This document shows positions 1-11,032 of a stretch of DNA of 64,000 nt, one piece after another. The stretch lies in NCBI GenBank assembly GCA_036918135.1, contig JBALDB010000048.1, positions 1 through 64,000 on the forward strand. Reading direction: 5' to 3'. The notes under the pieces were generated by a model that made no database searches, was not told the DNA's origin, and worked only from the letters and a program-made list of their open reading frames with translations. Both the position numbers and the translations under genes were made by a program. How positions within the stretch are numbered: the first letter of the stretch is position 1; each line of letters begins with the position of its first letter. The DNA comes from Nostoc sp. GTDB taxonomy: Bacteria; Cyanobacteriota; Cyanobacteriia; Cyanobacteriales; Nostocaceae.

Positions 1-379
1 AGGCTCCATAACCAGAATCATCGTAGCGAGAATCACGACTACGGGAATCATTATCCACATCTACCTTAATTTTCTGGCGAGGACAGCGCCAACTCACACC
101 ACTAACACCAACGTTAGTGCAACCCTCGGCTTGCATTGCATCCTCTGAGACATTGTCAGGCTTGTAGAATCGCCAACGACCTCGATCGTCCGGCCCTGAC
201 TCTGCTCTGAGTTCCCGTGTTTGTGATATCAGAAAAGGAGTAGTAGTGGGTTTAATTTCTTGAGCCAAAACTGAAGAATCTTCCGTCTTAATGGAAGCGG
301 TACTCAAGAGAATGCCACAAACAGCAAAAGTCGCTAATCGATGCAATCTACTTATCTTGGCGAAATTCAACATCAACAT
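1..379 (-). CDS. Partial secreted hypothetical protein (runs off the window start)
   Basis: Hand translation from ATG 379: MLMLNFAKISRLHRLATFAVCGILLSTAS...RWRFYKPDN...GCTNVGVSGVSWRCPR..., open to base 1, signal-peptide-like N-terminus; absent from the ORF track. Confidence 0.7.
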   Translation of the reverse strand, partial: MLMLNFAKISRLHRLATFAVCGILLSTASIKTEDSSVLAQEIKPTTTPFLISQTRELRAESGPDDRGRWRFYKPDNVSEDAMQAEGCTNVGVSGVSWRCPRQKIKVDVDNDSRSRDSRYDDSGYGA

Positions 380-811
380 AAGTTACTCTGAATTGTTTTA
401 AATATTATGCGATCTTCGAGTCAGGTAGAAAGCAAAGGGCAGTTTCCAGAGGAGTGTCCTAGACAAGGGAAGGAAAAATTTTTAATCTATGCTTTTTTAC
501 TGTGCATTGAACTGGTTTGAAGAACACCAAATTTGCAATCTAGTGTTCTTCTATTAGAGAGGATCTCTAAATTGCTTCATGTTAGTAGTGCCCCAAAGAA
601 AAAGCCTTTTGTCTTCTTCAATTATTTCAATAATGATAGCAGTATGAGCTGCACTTTAGTTGAATTTTCTCAAAAATACAATTAGTGGGACTTAGACAAA
701 AAGTAAGCCTAAAAAAGGCTCAAATATATATAGCAATTCTATTTGAGATCCGAACAGTGTTCATACTGATGTAGTTTGAGAAAGTCAAATTCTTGGTGAT
801 TGGTAAAGAAC

Positions 812-895
812 TTAAATAGCCACTTGACAACAGAAGGCGAGCCCACCCCAACCCAGCACCAGCGCGATCGCCGTGAGGACAATCAACACAAACCG
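812..895 (-). pseudogene. Relic of the 5' end of an MscS-type gene
   Basis: Minus frame RFVLIVLTAIALVLGWGGLAF aligns with RFVLVSVMTIALVLGWSAIAH of the MscS at 3356-3420, with DNA-level similarity. Confidence 0.5.
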
Positions 896-1454
896 AGCCG
901 TTAGCCGAAGAATTGATGGAATGGCAGTATGTGCGAAAAACTGTTGAATAGGAATCGGCGATCGCTATGCAGAAGGACATTGCCACTTATTTGTCATAAT
1001 GCAGAGGTCAAGGCTTGCGATTGATCGTTTCAATTCAAAAACTACCCCAACTCGTCAGATAAAGACGAGCTGCTCAGTCGCTTTTGTTAGAGAGCAATAA
1101 CTAAGAGCCTGAGCAGTGCTACTGAAATTTAATAACATTTTATCCTTAGTACTTGGAGTGTCTTCTCTGACATGGCAATAGGCCCTACTTCATCGACGCG
1201 AAGACACAATTGCGCTGGTTAAAATCAGCGCAACTCAAATAAATGTTTGGCTATGACCGATATCTGCAAACACCATTAGCCCCATTACGACGGGTTAAAG
1301 TGTGCCTTCATCGGTAATGCTTCCAAGCAAGGCACTTACAGCGATCGCACAGCAGGGGTTAGGACAATTTTCTCAAGGCGTTTTATGGTGCAAAATCCTT
1401 GAAATGGTTCATTCCCCTACCCCTGTAGTCACAACACCTGCCGGGTTAATAAAT

Positions 1455-1877
1455 TCACTGAATACCAACTGACAGCTCAAATGGAACAGTTTGATTTGTG
1501 TTTTTGGCATTCCCCATGAGATACACACGAACGGTGTAATTACCACTGCGTGGCAATTGAACGCTGCCGTCGTTGCCTGATGTTGAACTGTTATAGATTG
1601 CTTGATTGCTGCCTGGTGCAAGAATGTTGAAGTATGCAGCTCCTTTGGCGATCAACGAAACCGATATCTTCTGCCCCGCCTTTGCACCCAGAATATAGTC
1701 GTGGTATTGCTCGCCCCTGATCGAAGAACGCACATAACCATTATCGTTACCACGGGAAAAATGCACGACCGTATGCGCCTGAGCCAGTGAGGGCGCAGCA
1801 ATGCCAAATGTGAGCGATGCAGTGATGGCTACTGCGGCAAAAATCTTTTGAGTAGAAGCTAAGGCAAAGTTTTTCAT
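1455..1877 (-). CDS. Secreted PliG-like (g-type lysozyme inhibitor / PPC-like fold) protein
   Basis: Signal peptide, then VHFSRG..IRG.QYHDYIL.AKAGQKISVSL...LPRSGNYTVRV, matching the PliG pattern VEFRKG..IKGYDYDTY..AKKGQKVHVSI...LPASGKYELRV; GGAG RBS. Confidence 0.7.
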   Translation of the reverse strand: MKNFALASTQKIFAAVAITASLTFGIAAPSLAQAHTVVHFSRGNDNGYVRSSIRGEQYHDYILGAKAGQKISVSLIAKGAAYFNILAPGSNQAIYNSSTSGNDGSVQLPRSGNYTVRVYLMGNAKNTNQTVPFELSVGIQ

Positions 1878-2348
1878 ATGATAGTTTCTCCCTTACAACA
1901 ACTGAATTGTTTTTTGCTCTGATGTACTATAGAACAACGTCTCAGCTTGATTAGTCAAGGCGGCGTCACTAGCGAACTCACCATCAGAATTTGTCGCGTT
2001 TCATGGTTTTTATTTTCTTAGGCGCTTTTAGTGAATAGGGGGTGTCCCTTAACATACTATTTGACTGCTAGATAGCATACAGTAAGTACAGCAGCACTCA
2101 CCGAACGACGCGCAATATGAATTGGAGCGAGGCTAGCTGTGGAAGGCAATGAGTCAAGCAGATCGCTAACCTCGCAATCGCAGCAGCTCATCTCGCCAAC
2201 AGGCGACCAGAGGATCGCTCTCCACAGATTGCCCAATGTGCTTCACCCGCCATTTACGAATTGCCAGTTCGTTTTGCGCCCGCACGAACTTGGGTTTCAA
2301 AGCTTCCTTGCACGAGTCTCTAAATTGAATTGTTTGTCCAGATAAGAA

Positions 2349-2978
2349 CTACTTCTGACAATCCACTGAACCGCCTGTATAAATAATCGATTGGTATCGT
2401 CCTTGGTCTGTTTTAATTGTTACACAGTAGTCCGTTTTGCCTTCTAGCCAGTAGCTGTAGCCCGAATCATCACTCTTGACGAATCGATAGCCCCGTTGTT
2501 TGACTGTGTTTTCTGCCTGTCCTGCCCTTGCCCCCACTAAATCACTCAACTGAGGAACGGTAGTACCTACTTCAGGCTGACGCTTAGCAGCAGTATTACC
2601 ATTTGTGTTACCTGAGTTTTGTCCAGAGGAAGCTGTATTCCAATAGACATAAATCGACTCAGTGGCGAGGCGATAAATCTGTCCTTTGTCGCCAAGTCCA
2701 GCTTGTCGATAGGCAGTATCACCATTTTGATCGCGATAATTGCCGGGTCGATTACCCACAGGCTGTAGGTCATAGCTACGACCATTTTCCAATTGAATGC
2801 TAACCGCCCCCTGCCGTTGGGAAAATGTACATCGGCCAGAGGATGTGGCGCGGTCTTGTCCTTTCGTGAATACATCGCAACGGGCATTCTCGGTATCAGC
2901 TTTGACGGATGCGGGAAAACTCAAAGAAGCGATCGCCAGTGCTACCGCTAAAAACAAATTTGAAGATTTGATTGCCAT
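2349..2978 (-). CDS. Secreted two-domain hypothetical protein
   Basis: Signal peptide ending VKA; two Cys-containing domains separated by a Asn/Ser/Gly linker; AGGAG RBS. Confidence 0.75.
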   Translation of the reverse strand: MAIKSSNLFLAVALAIASLSFPASVKADTENARCDVFTKGQDRATSSGRCTFSQRQGAVSIQLENGRSYDLQPVGNRPGNYRDQNGDTAYRQAGLGDKGQIYRLATESIYVYWNTASSGQNSGNTNGNTAAKRQPEVGTTVPQLSDLVGARAGQAENTVKQRGYRFVKSDDSGYSYWLEGKTDYCVTIKTDQGRYQSIIYTGGSVDCQK

Positions 2979-3307
2979 AAAGCTCCTGAGTTATGACATC
3001 GAAGATGACATTTTGTATCATCCCCCTAAATGTGTATTTGCTAGTTAACACTTGTAAACTTTCTTAAACTATCTCTGTTCTGCCACTGTTCAAAAAATTT
3101 TGCCTATTCACACCGAGCTACTACGAGAATTACTAAGAAAGGAACAATCGTGTTGAATCCAATTGGAATAATTAATTTTTTGGAGTTCCCTTACTTAGAC
3201 TGATGGGAGACAAAAATCGCCATTTTACTTGTCCTAAAATCTCTCAAATTAATGATAAAAAATTAAAGTCGGACGATGACTAATACTAATATCAGTTATT
3301 CAATCAC

Positions 3308-5083
3308 TTGACCAGAGATATGTTCCTGTTTAATCGCTTCCTCCATTCAATAATTCGGTTTGTACTAGTCAGTGTGATGACGATCGCATTAGTACTTGGT
3401 TGGAGTGCGATCGCTCACAGTCAATTGCCTTCCTTACCTACCGCAGCCTCCAACGACCCGCACCAGCCACCTAGTGGTGTTACCCGCCTCGGTATGTATG
3501 AAATTGCCTCTGTGTATTCACCCTTAGACAGAGACTTCTTGTTTGAGATTGTCTCTCCCACTGTTTTTAATCGTAGCCAACCGCCAGACGGATCTCTTCC
3601 AGTAGAGGTACGTGCCGAAGAAATTACACAACGGCTGATGCGAGCGCTCGACCGAACTAACAAAGCTAAACAAACTCCTATAGTTTCTATTGCGATTCTG
3701 AATCAGGATTCAATCCTCCAACTCAGTGACGATCGAATGACCCGTCCTTTAAGGTTGGTGACTGTAACAGAGCCAGATGCTGACTACCACGGGAAAACTC
3801 TGGAGGAATTGGCGCAAGAGTGGCAAAAAATATTACAAGCAGAAGTGGAACGCATTAATACACTCTTCTCGTATAAGGTTTTATTGCAACGGATTGGGCA
3901 GGCAGTGCAAATCAGCATCGGCTTAGTGTTGGGGAGTGTTGTGTTGTGGTTACTGCGGCGAACTCTAATTCGCAAACAGACGGTATTGCAAGTTAGCCAT
4001 CAAGAGCAGATAGCTGCGGTAAAACAGGGTGTGGTCAAGCGAACTGAGGCAGAAACATCCACAACTATTGACACAATAGAGACCAGTGAAAAGAAAACAG
4101 ATGCAGACACGATCGCCGATGGGCGATCGCAGTTTCTAGACACGATCCGGCGACAGTTCAGCCTTAAGCGCCAATTGGGGATCTATTCTCTGCTCACATG
4201 GCTACTGTTTTGGGCATTTATTCTGATGTGGTACATCGGGATTGTGGCGATTATGTCTCGCGTCCCCTACCTCATGAAATGGTGGACACAGGCTTTAGTC
4301 AGGCCCCTAGCGCTACTGATTATTTGGTTTTTCACCAGTCTTGTTATTCGCATCGGCAAAACCTTAATTGACCGCCTCACTCATGTCTGGACAACCCATT
4401 CCTCTGTTCCTTTGAGTGAAACTCAACGGATTGCGCTACGAGCTGCAACAGTTTCTGGGGCACTAAAAGGATTAATCACTTTTGTTTTCATCACCTACGG
4501 TATCTTGCATACTCTAAAAATATTTAATATGCCTACCAGTTCAATTTTGGCAGGGGGCGCTGTCATTGGTATTGCCATTTCTCTTGGTTCCCAAAGTCTG
4601 ATTAAAGATTTGGTCAATGGTTGTTTGATTTTGATGGAGGATCAATTTGCTGTGGGAGATGTAATTGAGATTGGGGATAAAAGCGGACTAGTGGAAAATC
4701 TCAACCTGCGGGTGACTCAACTACGTAATAACGAAGGTAAATTAATTACCATTCCCAATAGCAATATCACGAATGTCAGCAATCTCACCCGCCTCTGGTC
4801 ACAGGTAAACTTTTCGATTGTAGTGGCCTATGAAAACGACCCCAAGCAGGTTTTAGAGATTCTCAAGCAAGTATGCAAACAATTGTATAGTGAAGTAGAA
4901 TGGCACGATCGCCTGCTAGAATCACCGCAAGTGTTGGGGATTGATGACCTATCCCATACAGGTATGTTAGTGCGCGTTTGGATTAAAACTGCACCTATGG
5001 AACAATGGAGTGTTGGGCGAGAGTTCCGTCTACGGGTACGGCAAGCCTTTGAAGCCAACAATATTAAGATTGACGCAAATTGA
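3308..5083 (+). CDS. Mechanosensitive ion channel, MscS family
   Basis: C-terminal GSQSLIKDLVNG...FAVGDVIEI...GLVENLNLRVTQLR...IPNS MscS motifs; large periplasmic N-domain and TM helices. Confidence 0.92.
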   Translation: MTRDMFLFNRFLHSIIRFVLVSVMTIALVLGWSAIAHSQLPSLPTAASNDPHQPPSGVTRLGMYEIASVYSPLDRDFLFEIVSPTVFNRSQPPDGSLPVEVRAEEITQRLMRALDRTNKAKQTPIVSIAILNQDSILQLSDDRMTRPLRLVTVTEPDADYHGKTLEELAQEWQKILQAEVERINTLFSYKVLLQRIGQAVQISIGLVLGSVVLWLLRRTLIRKQTVLQVSHQEQIAAVKQGVVKRTEAETSTTIDTIETSEKKTDADTIADGRSQFLDTIRRQFSLKRQLGIYSLLTWLLFWAFILMWYIGIVAIMSRVPYLMKWWTQALVRPLALLIIWFFTSLVIRIGKTLIDRLTHVWTTHSSVPLSETQRIALRAATVSGALKGLITFVFITYGILHTLKIFNMPTSSILAGGAVIGIAISLGSQSLIKDLVNGCLILMEDQFAVGDVIEIGDKSGLVENLNLRVTQLRNNEGKLITIPNSNITNVSNLTRLWSQVNFSIVVAYENDPKQVLEILKQVCKQLYSEVEWHDRLLESPQVLGIDDLSHTGMLVRVWIKTAPMEQWSVGREFRLRVRQAFEANNIKIDAN

Positions 5084-5632
5084 GGATTGTCAGCTAGAAA
5101 CGATTAAAGAAGTCGGAAGTCGGAAGTACAGTTTTGTAATGGGGATGCGCGACCCCACCACAAAACTTGTGGCTGTTCGTTGCCGGGGTCTTAAACCCTC
5201 AGATTTACGATAATTTATCAGGTAAATAAATGCTACTTACCTAGGATGAACTTTGCGCCGTAGTAAAATCATTATGCCTATACAAGATATCGAAGCTACA
5301 ACAGTTGATCGGGAACAGTTTTTATTTTTTGTGTCTCCAAGAGGATGTTTTAAACAGTCGAAACCAGTCAAAAATCATGCCAGTCCCCCAATCGTAATAC
5401 GAATCATGACAATATAAATCAATGTCATTGAGGTTTCAGGTAGTCTTTTATAATCCTTTATTAGACTGAAAACTTGGTAAATTTGACTAAATAAAAACGG
5501 TTTTCAGTCGATGGTGTTGGAAAGAGCGATCGCTCTATTCGTCTATTCAGAATATAGGTACTTAAAAACCGATGAAAAACTTTTCGGTCTACTAAATGTA
5601 ATTCAGTAACGGCTTTTTACTTTGAGGGTGTA

Positions 5633-8600
5633 ATGTCTAGGGTAAGTATGGGTGGAAACTGGTTTTTAAGGCTAGGGATGGTTGCGGATAATGTTAGACA
5701 TTTAGATTGGTTACTAAAATTAGGAATAGCGATCGCTAGTGTAATTATATTTGACCCAAATACTGCGATCGGGCAAATCACACCAGATACAACATTACCG
5801 AATAACAGTAATGTAAATACACTAAACAACATTACAAATATTACTGGTGGCACACAAGCAGGAACTAATTTGTTTCACAGTTTCAGCGACTTTTCTGTTC
5901 TCAAAGATACTACAGTTTACTTTAATAATGCTTCAGATATTCAAAATATTATTAGTCGAGTTACAGGTGGTTCGCAATCAAAAATAGATGGAATTCTGCG
6001 GACAAACGCTACTGCGAATTTATTTTTAATTAATCCTAACGGCATTATTTTTGGAGAAAATGCGCGGTTAGATATTGGCGGTTCATTTATTGCTAGTACA
6101 GCAAGTACTATCAAATTTGCTGATGGTTTGGAGTTCAGTGCTACGACTCCTAAATCTACTCCTTTACTAACGATAAATACACCTATTGGCTTGCAATATG
6201 GAGTCAATCCAGGCACTATTGAGGTTAAAGGCGACAGTCAAGGTTTAAGGCTTACAGATGAATTGATTGATACAACAAATGCACTGCGAGTACCAGCCAA
6301 TCAAACTTTAGCCTTGGTGGGCGGTGATATTTTCTTAGAGGGAGCAACGCTAAAGACAGCAGGGGGAAGGATAGAGTTAGGCAGTGTCGGGGATAACAGT
6401 CTAGTTAGTCTGACACCGATAACTAAAGGTTTTGCCTTGAGCTACGATGGAGTGCAAAACTTTGGCAATATTCAACTATCAAAACTCTCAGCAGTAGATG
6501 CCAGTGGCGCAGGTAGCGGTGACATCCAAATCCAGGGTCGGCGTGTCACCATAGCCGATGGTTCGCAGATAGAAGCAAGTACTCTGTTAGGAGAAAAAGG
6601 TGGAAATTTAGTAGTCAATGCTACTGAGTCAGTAGAACTAGTTGGTACCTCTGCTGATGGTCAGTTTCTTAGTGGGTTGTCAGCATCTGCGTATCCTAAC
6701 TCAATGGCAACAGGGGATGTAGGAGACTTGACAATTAATACCCAAAATTTGCTTGTGCGCGATGGGGCACAGGTAAATGTAGGCACATTGGGTGTAGGTA
6801 AGGCGGGTTCTTTAACTGTCAATGCTAAAGATGTACAACTGATTGGTACTACAGCTGATAGTCAGTTTCCCAGTGCCTTATTTGCTTTTACTCAATCAAC
6901 CGGAGATGGAGGAGACTTGACAACTAATACCCAAAATTTGCTTGCACGCGATGGAGGACAAGTAGCTGCATATACATCGGGTGTAGGTAAGGCGGGTTCT
7001 TTAACTGTCAATGCTAAAGATGTGCAAATGATTGGTACTGCTAATAGTCAGTTTCCCAGTGGCTTGTTCAATTATGCTTACTCAACCGGGGATGCCAGCG
7101 ACTTAACGATTAATACCCAAAATTTGCTTGTGCGCGATGGGGCACAAGTAGCTACAAAGACATATGGTGCAGGTAAGACGGGTTTTTTAAATGTCAATGC
7201 TAAAGATATACAACTAATTGGTAGGGCTGCAAATGGTGAGTTTGCTAGTGGGTTGTTTGTTGACGCTACTTTAGGGACAACTGGGGATGCTGGAGACTTG
7301 ACGATTAATACCCAAAATTTGCTCGTGCGTGATGGGGCATATGTCGATGCCAGCATATATGGTATAGGTAAGGGGGGTTCTTTAACTGTCACTGCTAAAG
7401 ATGTGCAAGTTATTGGTACCTCTACTGACAATCGCTTTAGGAGTGGCTTGTTTACTCAAGCTTATTCAGGGATAACTGGGGATGCCGGAAACTTGACGAT
7501 TAATACCCAACGTTTGCTTGTGCGCGATGGCGCACAGGTAGATGCAGAGACATATGGTACAGGTAAGGGGGGTTTTTTGAATGTCACTGCTAAAGATGTA
7601 CAACTGATTGGTACCTCTAGTAATGGTTACTTTCCCAGTGGCTTATTGACTTCCACTCACTCAACCGGAGATGCCGGAAACTTGAAAATCGATACCCAAC
7701 AGTTACTTGTACGCGATGGGGCACTGATAAATGCCAGCACATCGGGTGCAGGTAAAGGAGGTTCTTTAACTGTTACTGCTAACGATGTGCAACTGATTGG
7801 TAAGTCTGCTAATAGTGACCTCATAAGCCGCTTGTTTACTACTGCTGGCATAGGAACAACCGGGGATGCAGGAGACTTGACAATTAATACCCAAAATTTG
7901 CTCGTGCGCGATGGTGCATTTGTTGATGCCAGCACAGAAGGTACAGGTAAGGCAGGTTCTTTAACTGTCAATGCTAAAGATGTGCAACTGATTGGTGTCT
8001 CTAGTGATGGCCGCTCTGGCAGTGGCTTGAATACATCTGCTAAGTTAGGGTCAACTGGGGATGCTGGAGACTTGACGATTAATACTCAACAGTTGCTTGT
8101 ACGCGACGGGGCACAAGTAACAGCAGGAACACGAAGTGCAGGCAAAGGGGGTTCTTTAACTGTCAATGCTAAAGATGTGCAACTGATTGGTACTACTGCT
8201 GATGGTAGCTTTGGCAGTGGTTTGTTCGCTTCTACTAACTCAACTGGGGATGCAGGAGACTTGAAGATTAGTAGTGATAAATTACTCGTTCAAGATGGGG
8301 CGACAATAACTGTGAGCAGTTCAGGTAAAGGAATTGCAGGGAATTTAAATATTGATGCTGCCTCTATCCGTTTGAACAATAAGGCCACTGTTAATGCTAA
8401 TACCCAAGCTGTCAACACTGACCTGAGTAAAGAACAAGCTACTATTAGTGTGCGCTCTCAAGATTTACAATTGCTTCGTAACAGCAACATCACCACTAAC
8501 GCTTCTGGAGAAAACGTCATCGGTGGCAATATCAATATTAATACTGATATTTTAGTTGCATTTGATAATAGTGATATCAGTGCAAATTCTACTGACTTTC

Positions 8601-9130
8601 GAGGAGGTCAGGTGAGAATTAATGCTAAAGGGGTATTTGGTATTCAATTTCGTAATGTACTCACCCCAAATAGCGATATCACTGCTACGGGAGCTAATCA
8701 GCAGTTGAATGGTACAGTAGAACTCAATACGCTACAAGACCCCACAAATGGTTTAGAGGAATTGCCACTAGAAGTAGTGGATGCCTCACAATTAATTAAC
8801 CAAAACTTCTGTGCCAAAAGAGGTAATAGTAGCTTCACAACCGTTGGACGTGGTGGTTTACCTGCTTCTCCTAACACTGTACTCAACAATGATACAGTTT
8901 GGGAAGATTGGCGAGTTACTGCTGTGCCAAGACAAGCAGGAGATTACAGCAGCAGAGGAACTCTTGAGAAAAGTTCAGCACTCAGTACACAGATTGTGGA
9001 AGCTCAGGGGTGGATAGTGAATGCTAAAGGTGAAGTGATATTGACAGCTGCTACACCGACCTCAACACCCTACAGGTTGAGTAATTTACCCTATGGATGT
9101 CAGCCGGAGGATGGGGGGTATGGTCAGTAA
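5633..9130 (+). CDS. Filamentous haemagglutinin-family (TPS domain) exoprotein
   Basis: NLFHSF, ISRVTGG, LFLINPNGI TPS motifs; beta-helix repeats; C-terminal GRGGLP and EAQGW motifs typical of cyanobacterial FHA-like proteins. Confidence 0.92.
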   Translation: MSRVSMGGNWFLRLGMVADNVRHLDWLLKLGIAIASVIIFDPNTAIGQITPDTTLPNNSNVNTLNNITNITGGTQAGTNLFHSFSDFSVLKDTTVYFNNASDIQNIISRVTGGSQSKIDGILRTNATANLFLINPNGIIFGENARLDIGGSFIASTASTIKFADGLEFSATTPKSTPLLTINTPIGLQYGVNPGTIEVKGDSQGLRLTDELIDTTNALRVPANQTLALVGGDIFLEGATLKTAGGRIELGSVGDNSLVSLTPITKGFALSYDGVQNFGNIQLSKLSAVDASGAGSGDIQIQGRRVTIADGSQIEASTLLGEKGGNLVVNATESVELVGTSADGQFLSGLSASAYPNSMATGDVGDLTINTQNLLVRDGAQVNVGTLGVGKAGSLTVNAKDVQLIGTTADSQFPSALFAFTQSTGDGGDLTTNTQNLLARDGGQVAAYTSGVGKAGSLTVNAKDVQMIGTANSQFPSGLFNYAYSTGDASDLTINTQNLLVRDGAQVATKTYGAGKTGFLNVNAKDIQLIGRAANGEFASGLFVDATLGTTGDAGDLTINTQNLLVRDGAYVDASIYGIGKGGSLTVTAKDVQVIGTSTDNRFRSGLFTQAYSGITGDAGNLTINTQRLLVRDGAQVDAETYGTGKGGFLNVTAKDVQLIGTSSNGYFPSGLLTSTHSTGDAGNLKIDTQQLLVRDGALINASTSGAGKGGSLTVTANDVQLIGKSANSDLISRLFTTAGIGTTGDAGDLTINTQNLLVRDGAFVDASTEGTGKAGSLTVNAKDVQLIGVSSDGRSGSGLNTSAKLGSTGDAGDLTINTQQLLVRDGAQVTAGTRSAGKGGSLTVNAKDVQLIGTTADGSFGSGLFASTNSTGDAGDLKISSDKLLVQDGATITVSSSGKGIAGNLNIDAASIRLNNKATVNANTQAVNTDLSKEQATISVRSQDLQLLRNSNITTNASGENVIGGNININTDILVAFDNSDISANSTDFRGGQVRINAKGVFGIQFRNVLTPNSDITATGANQQLNGTVELNTLQDPTNGLEELPLEVVDASQLINQNFCAKRGNSSFTTVGRGGLPASPNTVLNNDTVWEDWRVTAVPRQAGDYSSRGTLEKSSALSTQIVEAQGWIVNAKGEVILTAATPTSTPYRLSNLPYGCQPEDGGYGQ
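6712..8270 (+). repeat. Intragenic tandem repeat: 8 full units plus 1 partial, ~186-195 bp
   Basis: GDAGDLTINTQxLLVRDGAxV...GxGKxGSLTVxAKDVQLIG recurs at ~6712, 6902, 7088, 7283, 7478, 7667, 7862, 8057, 8246. Confidence 0.9.
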
Positions 9131-9223
9131 TCTCTAATCCTCCTCATCCTAACCATAAATATTCACCTCGTTCTACTTAATTATTTGGTCAAAAAGCTTA
9201 AAAGTGATGCCCACCTCACTGAC

Positions 9224-9973
9224 TTAAACTTTCCCAAACCGCCGTTCCCGTTGCTGGTAAGCACATAAGGCGCGGTGAAATTCAGTGCGGTCAAAATCTG
9301 GCCAAAGAGTATCAGTGATGTAAATTTCCCCATAAGCCATTTGCCAGAGAAGGAAATTAGAAAGCCGCATTTCTCCACTGGTGCGGATTAACAAATCTGG
9401 GTCAGTAATTCCGGCGGTGTACAAGTGGCTTTCAAATACTTGTTCATCAATTTCATCAGGTTGTAGCAAACCTTGCTGGACAAGTTTTGCGATCGCTCGA
9501 CAAGCTTGTAAAATCTCTTGGCGTCCACCATAATTGGTTGCTACTGAAAACCGGATGGCGCGATTATTTTTGGTTTCTTCCATCGAACGGGAAATTTCTT
9601 GTTGGAGCGCGCGCGGCAAGGCCTGTAAATTTCCCACAAACTTGATTTGCACGTTCTCTTCAACCATTTCTCGCAGCTCTTGACGTAAAACTTTTTGAAA
9701 CAGAGTCATCAAAAAATCTACCTCTTCCTGAGGTCTTTTCCAGTTCTCAGTGGAAAAAGCATAAGCTGTTAGTGCCTCAATTCCCCAATCTTTGCAACAA
9801 CGAAGTAAATCCTTGAGGGCATCAACTCCTCGTTTATGACCCATAATCCGTGGTAGACCCTGACGTTTAGCCCATCGACCATTGCCATCCATAATTACCG
9901 CAACGTGCTGGGGCAATAGTTCTGGTTGCAAATCAGTGGGCAAATCTTGCAGTTTAGTTTGTTGTGCTGTCAT
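9224..9973 (-). CDS. uppS: Isoprenyl transferase (undecaprenyl diphosphate synthase)
   Basis: [34 protein letters not shown] motifs. Confidence 0.97.
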   Translation of the reverse strand: MTAQQTKLQDLPTDLQPELLPQHVAVIMDGNGRWAKRQGLPRIMGHKRGVDALKDLLRCCKDWGIEALTAYAFSTENWKRPQEEVDFLMTLFQKVLRQELREMVEENVQIKFVGNLQALPRALQQEISRSMEETKNNRAIRFSVATNYGGRQEILQACRAIAKLVQQGLLQPDEIDEQVFESHLYTAGITDPDLLIRTSGEMRLSNFLLWQMAYGEIYITDTLWPDFDRTEFHRALCAYQQRERRFGKV

Positions 9974-10893
9974 TTTTTATCTCGAGAAGCGGTCGATGGT
10001 AATCCGAGTAAACGTGAAACCAATGCTAGTGTCTTCCCACCTACCTGACGACCCAAGCTCAAAAGACCAGGAGCAACAGCTTCCCGATCTACGGCTGGTG
10101 ACAACAGAGCCTCTAATGACTCTTTGAGCTTGCGAATCGTCAGTGGTCTATTTAGGGTTCCTCGTTCCGCTAAGGAAATAGAACCCGTTTCTTCAGATAC
10201 AACGACACAAATGCAATTTTCGACCCGCTCAGTAATTCCCATTGCCGCCCGATGGCGTGTTCCCAACTGGCGCGAGGCTGTGCGTCCCGAAAGTGGTAAA
10301 ATTATACCCGATGCTACAATCCGCGAACCACGGATTAATGTCGCTCCATCGTGTAACAAAGTTTTCGGCTGAAAAATTGTCTGGATTAGTTCTTTAGAAA
10401 CTTCCGCGTTTAGCTTTACTCCTGGCACAGAAAAATCTCGCTCATCAATTGGGCCTGTGGTTTCCAAAATTAGTAAAGCTCCAATGCGGTTTTTTGACAA
10501 TTCCTTAACAGCCTCAACAATTTCATCAATTACACTATCAGATTTCGGGATTGCCAAGCGATCGGGTTGAAACAGCTGGCGAAATTCGCCGCGCCCCAAT
10601 TGTTCCAAAAACCGCCGAAACTCTGACTGTAAAGCAACTGCCATTGCTACAGCACAACCAATCACTAACTTTTCCAAAACAAAACTTAGCAGAGGTAGGC
10701 CGAATCTGCCACTAAGTGCTGAGGCTAGCATCAAAACAATGAATCCCCGCACCATCCATAGTGTCCGGCGCTCGCTAATAATAACTAATATCATGTACGT
10801 CAGCGCCAAGACCAATACAATATCCAGAGTCCCAAGCAGCAAGGACTGTGACCATCCCAGGTTTATCAGCCATTGCTTCCACCAATCTCTCAT
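9970..10893 (-). CDS. cdaA: Diadenylate cyclase
   Basis: Three N-terminal TM helices; LHDGA and GTRHRAA DAC motifs; ATGA overlap with uppS. Confidence 0.96.
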   Translation of the reverse strand: MRDWWKQWLINLGWSQSLLLGTLDIVLVLALTYMILVIISERRTLWMVRGFIVLMLASALSGRFGLPLLSFVLEKLVIGCAVAMAVALQSEFRRFLEQLGRGEFRQLFQPDRLAIPKSDSVIDEIVEAVKELSKNRIGALLILETTGPIDERDFSVPGVKLNAEVSKELIQTIFQPKTLLHDGATLIRGSRIVASGIILPLSGRTASRQLGTRHRAAMGITERVENCICVVVSEETGSISLAERGTLNRPLTIRKLKESLEALLSPAVDREAVAPGLLSLGRQVGGKTLALVSRLLGLPSTASRDKK

Positions 10894-10927
10894 GACATCT
10901 GGATTATACTTTTGCCTCTAATTACAG

Positions 10928-11032
10928 TTAGTCATTTGTCATTTGTCATTTATCCTTTGTCATTAGTCCTTTGTCATTCGCAAATGACTAATGACTAATG
11001 ACTAATAACTAATGACCAAAGACAAATGACTA
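10928..11032. repeat. STRR heptamer array (TTGTCAT / AATGACT, inverted halves)
   Basis: Tandem 7-mers read directly between cdaA and lysA. Confidence 0.9.

Noticed and set aside
720..986. 88-aa ORF in the track
   Set aside because: No coding hallmarks; a different frame explains the signal as an MscS relic
2165..2348. Open minus frame continuing after the TAG of the 209-aa gene (possible readthrough)
   Set aside because: No start codon, no recognisable homology, no recoding signal
6712..8270. Regular repeats resembling a CRISPR or DGR array
   Set aside because: In-frame protein repeats; no spacers, cas or reverse transcriptase genes
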